DNA of 64,000 nucleotides from Octopus vulgaris. Taxonomy: Eukaryota. The stretch is taken from positions 183,334,001 to 183,398,000 of the forward strand of contig OX597814.1 in assembly GCA_951406725.2 (NCBI GenBank). Direction: 5' to 3'. Of the stretch, positions 52,073 to 64,000 are shown one piece after another (within the stretch, counting starts at the first letter, position 1; every line of letters starts with the position of its first letter). The translations under genes and the position numbers were made by a program. Under the pieces are notes generated by a model. It was not told the origin of the DNA. It was given only the letters and a program-made list of their open reading frames with translations, and did no database searches.

Positions 52073-52699
52073 TCCCGCCCCTCTCTCTCTCCTTTCTTCT
52101 CTATCTTGCCTTCCTCGCTTTCTGTTGCGAGTTTGGAAGAAATGGATTGTGTTTAGGCCTAAAAAAAAAAGGCTGGACTCCGCCGTGTCGTGCGTCATGA
52201 CATCACCATAATGATTCCACAAGGAGTTGAAGGCCCGGAAGCAAAGTATAAGGTATTGGGCATGATTTGTGGATTAAACAACCAAAAAGATTAAATGTGT
52301 GTTGAAAACAAACATTAAGCATACATTATCGAAAAATGTAAGAACAAAAAAAAAAGGAGAGAAGAATATACTATCGACAACCAAATGATTCTAAATAGAT
52401 ATATTTTAACATAAGAAATGATTTTTATATATATATTAAAAGAGAGTTACCAAAATTCTATTGAGAAAAAAAAAAAAAAAGACCCGGGATTTTATGATTA
52501 AATATAAAAACAAAACAACACAAAACATATGTAGGCGACAGCATTTAAAAAATTTTCTAAATATAATTTGCAATGTAAATACTTGTTGCAACATCAAAAT
52601 TTTATCTTCATCTGGAAACTTTGCATTATTTTCCATTCCTTATTAAATTCAAAAGCGGTATCATAATACCATCTAGTGCTAATAATATTAATGTTGCCG

Positions 52700-52748
52700 C
52701 TACTGCTGCTGCTGCTACTACTACAACTACTACTACTACTACTACTGA

Positions 52749-52802
<54 letters not shown>

Positions 52803-52845
52803 CGATGATGATGATTATGATGGTGATGATAATGATGACAATGCC
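52700..52845. repeat. (CTG)(CTA)n(GAT)n trinucleotide repeat
   Basis: Directly visible. Confidence 0.95.
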
Positions 52846-52879
52846 TTCAAATATTAAAGATCGTAAAAAGTAATACAAT

Positions 52880-53180
52880 ATATATGCATCCATATGCATA
52901 TATACATGCATATATCTGTATGCATAAATATAAAGGTATGTATATATATATATGTATATATATGTGTATATATGTGTGTATATATATATATGTATATATA
53001 TATATATTTATATATATTACACCTGGTATGTATGCCTATATATATACACATATATGTACATATATATATATATACACATATATATATGCACATATATATA
53101 CATATATATACATACATACCAGGTGTAATAGATATAGCATATATATTTGTATATATATATATATATATATATATATTTCA
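52880..53180. repeat. (TA)-rich microsatellite containing a 20-bp inverted repeat
   Basis: Directly visible. Confidence 0.9.
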
Positions 53181-53703
53181 CACGTACATATATTTCTGTA
53201 TGTAGTTCTGCATTCTGTATAATATACAATAGTATAATACAATGTATAACACACATAGGTATGTGTGAACGTGCTTGCGATTGTTACATTGCATTGTATT
53301 AAACACACAAGACATTTTATTCATTTCGTAACGAAATCACACGCATATACATACACACGCGCGCTCTGTATCACACACACACACATACACATACACTCGT
53401 ACAAATCTTCATAGAGACAGAACTCTTGGAGTCATCAACACTCCAGCATTAGAAACTACAATCGTATCGCCACCGCCATCATCACCCCTACCGTAGCACA
53501 CATATACAGAGAAATTTTGAATATCTTATTGATTAAAATCGCATTTTTTTTTCTTCACATTTTCAAGTATTTGATGGTGTTAAAATATCTGCTAATTTTC
53601 TAAAGCAGCAACAATTTTCGTTGGCGAATATTCATGCTGACGAACACCACTCACATGAATTAACTTTCAAATCTAAAATTAATTACATTGTAGTCTCCAG
53701 AAC

Positions 53704-53707
<4 letters not shown>

Positions 53708-53794
<87 letters not shown>

Positions 53795-53859
53795 ATGCGC
53801 ATTTGTAAATACATACATATATGTGTATACCAATATGAAATATGCAGATATATATAAAT

Positions 53860-53921
<62 letters not shown>

Positions 53922-53944
53922 GTATGAGCATATATATATGTATG

Positions 53945-53978
<34 letters not shown>

Positions 53979-54130
53979 ATATATACACTTAAAAACATAC
54001 ATAAATTTACGTTTATATATTCATGTATATAGAGGTATATGTATATATTTACGTGTATCCATATACATACGTATATACATATACATATACATGTATGTAT
54101 ATCTACATGCATACATACATACATATATAT

Positions 54131-54162
<32 letters not shown>

Positions 54163-54345
54163 GGATATATAAAATTGTGCACATTCCAGTCTATGGCTCT
54201 ATGTATCCACAAATGAATCTGTGTATCTGAGGTTTGTGTATATGTGAGTCTCTATTTGTGTGTAAATTTATGTGTTTGTGTGTGAGTATGTATGTATGTA
54301 TGTATGTATGTATGTATGTATGTATGTATGCATGTATGTTTGTGT
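53708..54345. repeat. (ATT)n followed by (TA)/(TATG)n tracts
   Basis: Directly visible. Confidence 0.93.
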
Positions 54346-54842
54346 GTGTCTGTGCATTGTGTACAAAAATCATATACAGCAACAGGAATGAAATACAATC
54401 TAAGAAGCAGTTTTAATGGCTTCATATTATCTGTACGGCAGGAAAAAAAAAAATTCTTTTATAAACTTGAAATAATATAACTTAATTCATGTTCACACCA
54501 TGAATAATAATATTACATTAAAACTGAGAGTAATTTTCTGCCTTCAATATTAAATTTATTACAAAATCTAATATAATAAGTGGTGAGGTTAGAACTTCAA
54601 ATTCTATGGAACTAAATATTGATTAAGAATGTAAAAGAGGCAGCAGGCGGAAGCAGATAGAATGGAAATTGCCTTACTTTTGCCACCGAGCTTTCAGATG
54701 CCATTTTCCTGCAAGGATTTCGAAACATTAAGAATCTGCATCGTATTATGGCCAGTGTGGTTAAAAATTAGAAATAAATTATTTGTATCTGCATATATAC
54801 ATATACGTGTGTGCGCGCGTATGTATGTGTCTATGGCTGTAC

Positions 54843-54911
<69 letters not shown>

Positions 54912-54917
54912 TGATAA

Positions 54918-55246
54918 TGCGTATGGCTCAGTGGTTACAGTGTTGGTTTCACTATCATGACGTACTAAGTTCGATTCCCGGACCGGGCCGTGTGTTGTGT
55001 TCTTGAATAAGACACTTTATATTCATGTTGCCCCAGTTCACTTAGCTGTAGAAATGAGTTGCGACGTCACAGGTGCCAAGCTGTTTCGGCCTTTGCCCTT
55101 CTCTTGGATAACATCGGTGGCGTGGAAAAGGGAGGCTGATATGCATGGATGACTGCTGGTCTTCCATAAACAACCTTGCACAGACTTGTGCATCGGAGGG
55201 GAATTTTCTAGGTGCAATCCAATGGTTATTGATGACCGAAGGGGGT

Positions 55247-55248
<2 letters not shown>
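54918..55248 (+). mobile_element. SINE: D-type head with tail E
   Basis: A box tggctcagtgg and B box gttcgattccc; homologous to 18139-18458. Confidence 0.9.
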
Positions 55249-55344
<96 letters not shown>

Positions 55345-55345
<1 letters not shown>

Positions 55346-55556
55346 CGCCATGATAGATCGGTAGCCACTACACACATTTTTTTCTTCTCTCCTTGTTTTT
55401 CTCCTTGTTTTTTTTTCTGTGCCCCTTTCTGTGGAAGAGCGTAGGCTCGAAACTTAAAATACTTTTTTCAATTCCTGAGCGTCATACTAATACATCTGTT
55501 TGTTTTGTACACCACCTGTCTTCGTCTTTTGTTGTTTTATTCGTGAACTCTCCCCC

Positions 55557-55560
<4 letters not shown>
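55345..55560 (+). mobile_element. Microsatellite-flanked pLTR-like unit with a degenerate hammerhead-like motif (55425-55460)
   Basis: cttt CTGTGGAA gagc gtag gctc GAAAC tta aaat; bounded by TA/TG runs. Confidence 0.4.
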
Positions 55561-55587
<27 letters not shown>

Positions 55588-56621
55588 CTCTTTCTTTTAG
55601 GCTCCCTCATACTTTTTCTTTTATCTTCCTACTTCCCCTCCTCGTTTATCTGCCTTGTACCTTTCTCTATGTCCCTTTGACATTCTCTCTTTCTCGTTCT
55701 TCCCCCAATTCTTCAATCCCTCTGCTCCTACTTCTTTCCTTTCCATTCACGTGACCGGTGTTCGGCCAATATTGATCTTTCTTGGCTCGACTGCCCCACG
55801 AAGCATCTATTATCATGACTTTCATCCCTTATGTTCATCTCCTATGTTCCTGCCTCAAGGCTTTCACTCTACACACAGTAGGTCAACTTGATTTGTTTTT
55901 ATAAGTCGAAAGACACCTGTTGTTTTTTTTCTTGTTACTTGTAATTGTGTAATATTTTCTCCGTTCCTTTAAAACATGTAGGAAATATGTACGGCTGATT
56001 TTCTTTTCTTCTGTGTTTTTTTTACTTTCTTACTCTGTGGACAGTTAATATTCTGAAATGGGGAATATAACATTGTTTGTGCATTCCTTAAGTAGATTAA
56101 ATCACTTTTCCATTATGTAATTATCCAGTGTGATCATTCTAAATTTCATGGAGATTTAGCTGCTATTTCTTGCAGATAGATCAAGCACATATAATCTTTC
56201 TGATTGATGATTGAGTTTATTGATGCATGAGTGTATATCAATCAGTCAGATGACATTTATTTCAAACCGTTTTAGAATATTTTATGACTTTCCCAACGGA
56301 TTTAGTGAAATACTGCATTTCAATAGAAGAACAAGAATGGAACAGTGTCGCCGATTCGGCTCACTCGACCGCTGCTTTAATGATTCGTATTAACACATCT
56401 ACACAAATTTAACATTGATTTTGATCTCTTCACACCATTTGCACAGCTTTAGCTAGTTAAGATTACGTATGTCGTATAACTTCGTTAATGGTTTGACATA
56501 ATGTGTTGGTAGGACTTACATTTGATGCAACATATATTTATGTTTTATAAGATTTACTGAAATGTTATTTTTTGTCAAAAGAAAACTTGAATTTCTTCCT
56601 AAATTTCTAAAATACAGAATA

Positions 56622-56895
56622 ATTAAATAAAATAAAATAAAATAAATGCGGTCTTTTTAAATCCTAGCCAGTCTCATGGGCCAGGTTTCCCGGTTTCAAT
56701 GGCGTATGTGTTCCCTAGTTGGACAGGATGCCAGTCCATCACAGCGTCACTCATTTTTGCCAGCTGAGTGGACTGGAGCAACGTGAAATGAAGTGCTTTG
56801 CTCAAGAACAGAACGCATCGCCCGGTCCAGGAGTCGAAACCAGAATCTTACGATCATGATGCTGACACCCTAACAACTAAGCCACGCGCCTCCAC
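56622..56895 (-). mobile_element. SINE: family D head with tail 3
   Basis: Tail homologous to 40220-40325; TSD aaaatac(a/c)gaata at 56609 and 56896. Confidence 0.9.
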
Positions 56896-57530
56896 AAAAT
56901 ACCGAATATACAACCTTAATATATCTATGACGTAATTATTTCTTGATTGGAGTTTCGTTATGGAAACTTCAAATGAATTTACGCCGACGTCTTCCAGTAG
57001 GGAGTGTCTTAACAAAGATTAACCTTTCTTAGATATACCATTCCTTTATCAGACTTTCAGTTTGTCTCGGAGTTAAGCAAGTGTTGGAATGTACAAGCTA
57101 TTATAGTAAATTTATACCCTAAATTTCTAACGTTCGAAAAAAGAAAAGAAGCGCAAATAGATTTCTAACTTTCATCACTCTGGTAGGGTAAAACAACAGT
57201 TACAACTTATGACAACTCAACAAACAGCCTAAGCATCAAATTTATTCATTTCACGCTTGAAACCGATTATAGATTACACCTAACAGAAATTGTGATAGGC
57301 CAGATTCCTTTCTATAGAGGAGAGCTAAACAGCTCAACACCAAGAAACTGCTGTACCCTCCTTATATACTAATTTGCGTAGTTTGTAAAGGATAAATAAA
57401 AATTATAAAACTAAAGCGAAAATACAATAGAACAGGATGATAGTGACGTACAACGCCGTTGAATATTGAAATATAATGCCTTCAATTCTGTATTAAAACT
57501 GCGTTAAGTTTCAGGGTTGTGTTGGTTGAG

Positions 57531-57971
57531 ACTCTCTTTTACTCTTTACTCTTTTACTTGTTTCAGTCATTTGACTGCGGCCATGCTGGAGCACCGCCTT
57601 TAGTCGAGAAAATCGACCCCGGGACTTAGTCTTTGTAAGCCCAGTACTTATTCTATCGGTCTCTTTTGCCGAACCGCCAAGTGACGGGGACGTAAACACA
57701 CCAGCATTGGTTGTCAAGCAATGCTAGGGGGACAAACACACACACACAAACACACACACATACATATATATACATATATATATATACATATATATATATA
57801 CATATATACGACAGGCTTCTTTCAGTTTCCGTCTACCAAATCCACTCACAAGGCATTGGTCGGCCCGAGGCTATAGCAGAAGACACTTGCCCAAGATGCC
57901 ACGCAGTGGGACTGAACCCGGAACTATGTGGTTGGTTAGCAAGCTACTTACCACACAGCCACTCCTGCGCC
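57531..57971 (-). mobile_element. SINE family B, full length
   Basis: Complete head, internal microsatellite and tail. Confidence 0.94.
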
Positions 57972-58454
57972 ATTTACTTTGTTCTGTATTTTGTATGAAA
58001 TTACTAACGATAGACTGACATTCATCATTATATTTCTTATAAATCATATTTTCGTTTCTACATTTCATAACAAAGACAATAATTTATCTGACGACAAGGA
58101 GGAAAGCTTTCTGTTTGACGTATTCAATAACATGTGATAATTGATAAATATAGTTACGAACCAAAGAAGCCTATGATGATAGTACTTAGCTACGCATTCA
58201 AGAACGCCAAACAGATAAGACAAGAATCTTCTCCTAAGTGGGTTAGGTTAGACAATAGCATTTTGCATGTAATATTTCCATAAAAGATATGGTATCTATT
58301 CGCGATAGTTAACAGAACCACCAGAGGCCATGTACAATTACGGTTCTCGTCTAGTGACACGATGGAACTCATACAATGTATTAACTCGCAATTGTTAAAC
58401 TGGTGAGAGGAGTGTTTTATCCATTCAGTAGGTTTATTTATACACAGAACAATT

Positions 58455-58805
58455 ATTTTAGGCACAGAGCCAGCAGTTTTGAGGGGGGGGTAAGATAATT
58501 ATATTGACCTCAGTGCTCAACTGGTATTTATTCCATCGACCCCCGAAAAGTTGGAAGACAATGCCGACCTGAGCGGAATTTGAACTCAGAGCGTAAGACC
58601 GGAAGAAATATCGCTAAGCATTTTATCCAGCATGCTATTGATTCTAGAGGCACAAGGCCTGGAATTTTGGGGAATGAGCAAGTCGATTACATCGACACCA
58701 GTATTCAACTGGTACTTTTATCGACCCCCATATTTAATCGACCCCGGTGCTACTTGAACTTAGAAAGTAAAGTTGAAGTTAATGCTGCTAAACATTTTCC
58801 CGCCA
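58455..58805 (-). mobile_element. Two tandem decayed SINE-A2 copies
   Basis: ggcaca(g/a)...caactggta...tgaact(c/t)aga occurs twice. Confidence 0.75.
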
Positions 58806-60210
58806 TTATATATAAAGAGTTTTAATGCCGAGAAAGTGAATATTTCTTTTCCAACGTCAGATTTTAGAGTTAATTATTTTCGTTACCTTCATTTAACTTT
58901 CCTATAAATTCATGTGTCAGTGAAGACAACTTCTTGTATGCAATTAATATTTTATAGTTATATGATGATAGTTGAATATACTTTTCAAAACCTACTTACG
59001 TTCAGAGATGCTCAGATGTTCTAAATGCAGAATTACTTCAAATATTGTGTGATAAAATATCAAGAGATCTTATTAACATCCCTAATGATACAAAAGTAAA
59101 TGTATAGAGATCATATATAACATATGAACGATACTTGTTTGAATTAATATATTGATCGACCTTTAGGTCATAATAACAGAGTTACAAAGATTTACTTGTG
59201 GCAGAAGTAACATATACGCACTTGAACATCTTGCCAAGAGCATTCTCTCACATACTATCATGAACTAATTAAAAACATCGTTGGGGACAGAGGATCGATT
59301 GATCAAATAGTGATTCTACTTGAAAGACGTGATTAGTTAGCTTTGAATTTTTATGGTCACACCACAGATGTGTCTATCTTGAAAGGTCAATAAAGTTTAC
59401 TTTATAACTGTTTTACAATGCTTTAAACTTTCAGCCAGCTAAAAAGGCAAAGGAAGAGTAATGCACAGTAGGCATTTAATGTTCATGTAGCACAAAGTTG
59501 CGTTGCGGACAGAAAACTTTAGATGCAGACACATACAAAATATACACACGTGTTTCTCTATTTCTTTATATCATATAATACCCAAGACACGCGCAACATA
59601 CGCATATAGACGAGTGGAGAAACGAACGAAACCAGCACTTAACACACACACACACACACATACACACACGTAAATATATCCAACACGATCAGCTGTATAA
59701 TTTCGTGTAGTTTGTACTTGAAGAAATCGCTCTATTACACCCAATCTTTCCTTTTCTAGAATGTCGGCTCCCGCCTCGCCTGAGAATGTTAGTTTACAAC
59801 AAATTATCCGGTACATTAACGGCATCAAACTGACATGTCTGAACTTTCCAATAACTTGAATAACTGAACTAGCAAGTCCATTATATGAGCATGTATGTGG
59901 TCGAGTACTCCTCATTTGCATGTATCCTTATAGTAAACTACAAGAGAAATGAACATGACATATGTGACCAGGCTATATTATATATTTAAAGTGAAACTCC
60001 ATCCGACGGACTTTCATAGAGATTCTGTCAACAAAATCAAAACATATTCACACAAAAGGAACGACTATGTAAAATGATGGTCACCCATGAAATCATATAA
60101 AACGTAGAACCCGTGACCGGAAGATAGCAAAACCAACATCTTAATTCGCCCATTTTTGCCGACATATAAAATATGCATATTCATTCATAACTGTCTGTGC
60201 TTTTATATAT

Positions 60211-60522
60211 GGTTACGACGGCGAGGGTCCCAGGTGATATGATCAACGGAACAGCCTGCTCGTGAAAGTAATGTGCAAGTGGCTGAGCACTCCACAGACG
60301 CGTGTACCCTTAACATAGTTCTCGAGGAGATTCAGCATGACACCGAATGTGACGAAGCTGGCCCTTTGAAATACAGGTACTACCCATTTTTGCCAGCTGA
60401 GTGAACTGGAGCAACGTGAAATAAAGTGTCTTGCTCAAGGACCCAACGCGTCGCCAGGAATTGAACTCACGACCTTACGATCGTGAGCCGAATGCCCTAA
60501 CCACTAAGCCACTCGCCTTCAC
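60211..60522 (-). mobile_element. SINE family D with tail 2
   Basis: Homologous to 50886-51206. Confidence 0.92.
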
Positions 60523-60523
60523 T

Positions 60524-60559
<36 letters not shown>

Positions 60560-60569
60560 TATATATACA

Positions 60570-61700
60570 TATAAGAAAATAGAGAAGAAATGTAGTGGAT
60601 ATTTATTTTATTTTATTTGTATCACGATGAAAACCTCAAATAGCGTAATACAAATAAGATTTAAAGGAACAGAATCAACATAAGAAATAAGCATAAAAGA
60701 TGTCTACACATGTTTCAATCCGGCTACCGGATGAACACCGATTCGGATCATCCCGATTTCGAACCATGTTAAATGTAAAAGATCCCCCTCAGTATGACCT
60801 GATTTCATCGGGGCAAATCCTTACATATTGGTGGTAAACAACGAATGCAGTATGATGGGTGTGGACTGTATTTTCAAATATTCCAATAACATAAACAATT
60901 ATTTGTTAGTAAAGATAGGACGCGGAGGTAGTTGTAGAGGGAGATATGATGTGATGAAATCTTACTATAATACTACGATATACTGTTATAGGTATTAAGA
61001 GACATAAAGTAGTCATTTAAGTAGAATATAGGCTGTTATGGATATTGAAGAAAAGGGAGAAATGAAACAAATAAGGGTATAGAGAGGAATAGATTTTTCA
61101 GGAGGAAAAATAACGAAATGGGAATAGCATCTATATTGTAGTGGAGAAAGCTGCTTATTAGTTAGGTATGTAACAATTACTAAAAGTACTAAAAGAAAGC
61201 AATTATTAAAGAGTTGACCATCTGCAAATATTTTTATAAATTCATGTTCTAAGAAGTTTCATATAATTTCGATTTCTCAAGTTTATTGGATTTTTTAAAA
61301 CAATCTAAATATTCATTGCATTCACTGCGTCCAATGCTTCACAAATTTAATTATTCATTGCATTCACTCCGGAGTATTCCATTTTTATTTGTAAAGTCTC
61401 ACTTTCTCTTTTAATGTTTTCATTTCAAGTTTTAATTCGCTATCTGGACAACCGACAGTATATTTGATTAATGTATACGTGATGTAAAAATGAATGAAAT
61501 TCTTTTTGAAAAACCCGTATAATATTGTAAAAATAATTTAAAAGTGATTTTGTTCTTATGACTGTTTAGAACCCTATAAGCCTTGCAATAACTATCCTGA
61601 CCGATTTTGGTCATTTTCTTTTTCAGCTTAAAAACCATATGCTTTTCGGTAAAAAAAAAGAGAAAAACAAAACAAAATGTAAATATTTTCAGAGGAAAAG
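60570..61700 (-). mobile_element. Decayed Penelope-like element 3' part (GIY-YIG remnant plus pLTR)
   Basis: Minus-strand peptides KYTVGCPDSELK..KTLKEKVRLYK and NFLEHEFIKIF..LFNN resemble the Penelope GIY-YIG domain. They are followed by a hammerhead-like motif and AATAAA. Confidence 0.55.
60701..60815 (-). ncRNA. Hammerhead-like motif with CCGAUGA core and long stem II insert
   Basis: tgcc CCGATGA aatcagg-(~74 nt)-ccggatt GAAAC atgt GTA gaca. Confidence 0.5.
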
Positions 61701-61893
61701 GTGAACAATTCAATGGAAGTTTTGCTGTTGTTTCTAGCACAATCCAAACCACTCTCACGTTTTATTCTCACATGTATTGATGTTTGTTTCAATATTTTTC
61801 TCCTACTGAACAGATTTTATGGAATGATGATGCTGAAGTAACACAAGAAAAAAAAAATTGTAATCTAAATTTTTAACCCAACCTTCGCGCTTC

Positions 61894-61971
61894 AAACCGC
61901 GACCTGTTCACTGACAAAACTTCGTGCTGCATCATTTTTGTGAAGTTTTGTCAGTGAACAGGTCGCGGTTT
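61894..61971. repeat. 31-bp-stem hairpin
   Basis: 61894-61924 pairs with 61941-61971 (30 Watson-Crick pairs plus 1 G:T), 16-nt loop. Confidence 0.93.
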
Positions 61972-62419
61972 CAAAGCGACGAAAATATTTTGACACAAAA
62001 ATGAAATTTAAATGTTGAAACTTACCAACATCTTCCACGCTGCAATTGTTTTTGCTTCAGCACACGATCTCAGATCAAGTCGCTTGCTATGCAAATACAT
62101 CTCCGTCATTTAAAAATATCCATGTGGATAAATGCCAGCAATGACCTTCTCATGGCTCTCCGATATTTTGATTTCTAAACAGAAACAATAGGGAGCAGTG
62201 AATGGGGTTGCAAAAATTCATAATTCCACAAATTTTCGTTTTTATAGTATATAAATGTATTTATGGGGGAAAATATTGAAAAGCATCAATACACGCGAGA
62301 GTGATTAAGAAACGATGAGGATTGTTTTGGGATGTGCTAGAAATAACAACCAAATCACTCTTAAATCACTCAGTTTTCCCTTTGAAAAAAAATTTTTTTT
62401 TACCGAAAATGCTCTTCCC

Positions 62420-62597
62420 ATGGTTTTGAAGTGCAAGTCGATTACAACGAGCCCCGTGCTCAACTAGTACTTACTTATTTGACCGCGAAAGGAAGAAGTC
62501 GACCTCGGTGGAATTTGAACTTAGAACGCGCACACAGACTGAATGCCGTTAAGCATTTTGCACAGCGGGTTAACGATTCTGCCGGCTCACCGCCTTA
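62420..62597 (-). mobile_element. SINE-A2 copy
   Basis: agtcgacctcggtggaatttgaact...taacgattctgccggctcaccgcctt. Confidence 0.8.
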
Positions 62598-62789
62598 GTG
62601 TATGTTCGGGTATTGCTTTTGTTATTTCTCTGGTTTCGTTCATTGCTTGGATCTTACGGAAATTTAATTTTTTACTTATTTTACGTATAACTTTGGTTAT
62701 TATTATCTACTTATTATTTGTTGAACTGTATTTTTTCTGTATACTATATTTTTCCTATATTCATATTGTTTCCTATATTCACAGTCATA

Positions 62790-62980
62790 CAGGTTTCAAA
62801 TTTTGGGACAAGGCTAGAAATTTCGAGGAAGAGGATAAGCCGATTACATTGACCACAGTACTAAACTCGTACTTATTTTATCGACCCCAAAAATCTAAAA
62901 GGCAAAGTAGACGGAATTTGAACTTGGCAGAATTTGAACTCAGAACGTAAGGATAGACGAAATGCCACCTCGCCGCCTTC
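62790..62980 (-). mobile_element. SINE-A2 copy, rearranged
   Basis: Local duplication of gaatttgaact; head partly deleted. Confidence 0.75.
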
Positions 62981-63110
62981 AGATTGACAGTTATATGTAC
63001 CTACTCGTATATTTTGTGCTTCAATTTACATATATGTGCCTGTGCGTCTGTGTGTGCATCTATAAATAGAATACGTGTACACTTTTTTGTTGATCTTACC
63101 ATCACGGTAC

Positions 63111-63155
<45 letters not shown>

Positions 63156-63164
63156 ATGGGGGGG

Positions 63165-63200
<36 letters not shown>

Positions 63201-63529
63201 ATGCATGTATGTATATCGTGGCTCTTTTAAGAGTTGACATCCTGCCCGCCCGAGTATTAATAACTTTATTATACTGTAGAGTATTTCCCTTTGATCTGAC
63301 AGCCATACTGCCCTGTAACCCGATAAATAGTAGACAAGACAGTTTCTTGTCAAATATTTGAAATCGACCTGCGAACTTATGCACTTATTCTTTATTTCTT
63401 CCTATTTCTTATTCTCTTTGCATTTTTATCATTTATTTACTCACACATACACACACACATAGACACACATACACATACATGTATACACATATATGTACAT
63501 ATACAAACATACATATGTATATCGATCTA

Positions 63530-63561
<32 letters not shown>

Positions 63562-63583
63562 GCTATACATATGTGTATTTATA

Positions 63584-63799
63584 TACGATGTAGTGCCGAA
63601 AGTTCATGGCTTTAAGGGTGGCGTGAAAAGCTTGGCTGGAGACCCAATCCTCTGAGTTCTTTTACAGGGTTTAGAAAAACTGAAGGATCATTGCAATATG
63701 TGTGTGAATCTGAGAGGGGAATGCGTTGAATAAAATCATGATTAACTGATTCTCCTGTATTTTCTTTTATCCAAAGCCAGAAACTTTCAGTACCTCATC

Positions 63800-63802
<3 letters not shown>
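63584..63802 (+). mobile_element. Mariner-derived MITE, complete
   Basis: TA-flanked imperfect TIRs (tacgatgtagtgccgaaagttcatggcttt / aaagccagaaactttcagtacctcatcgta). Internal LQGLEKLKDHCNMCVNLRGECVE* matches the mariner transposase C-terminus (GIxKLxxRWxKCVxxxGxY.E). Confidence 0.85.

Positions 63803-63893
<91 letters not shown>
63803..63893. repeat. (TA)n microsatellite
   Basis: Directly visible. Confidence 0.97.
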
Positions 63894-64000
63894 CTCAGAG
63901 AGCCGAGAGTGCATCCTAAGTAACTGCCTAATACTATTTGGAAAAAAAAACGCCAGTGCTGTTTTCCTGAAGGTATAGGGGATAGAATCTGCGATGCTTG

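Noticed and set aside
56476-56488. loxP-arm-like ataacttcgt
   Set aside because: A 10-bp partial match with no second arm; chance.

Overview
This is AT-rich, microsatellite-dense eukaryotic DNA, intronic or intergenic, with no protein-coding exon I can support. The repeat landscape suggests an Octopus genome; that is my inference from recalled repeat families, not a database result. The window holds about 45 copies of tRNA-derived SINEs, labelled here with working names A-D. A1 and A2 are two tail variants of family A, and tails 1-3 and E are alternative 3' modules of the C and D heads. It also holds decayed LINE fragments (R4/Dong-like, CR1/Jockey-like, RTE-like, Penelope-like), two mariner-derived MITE copies and many simple repeats. 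Nearly all ORFs in the track are microsatellite or SINE artefacts. The main finding is a set of minimal type-I hammerhead-ribozyme-like motifs in Penelope pLTR-like pieces. Three unrelated sequence families share the non-canonical core CCGANGA (U4C), and two of them occur as fold-back inverted pairs at 20581-21170. Other findings are SINE-A multimers with recurrent precise junctions and an apparent target preference, head/tail module swapping among SINE families (TSD-supported chimeras), and many long hairpins that could form dsRNA. All alignments, folds and translations were done by eye.
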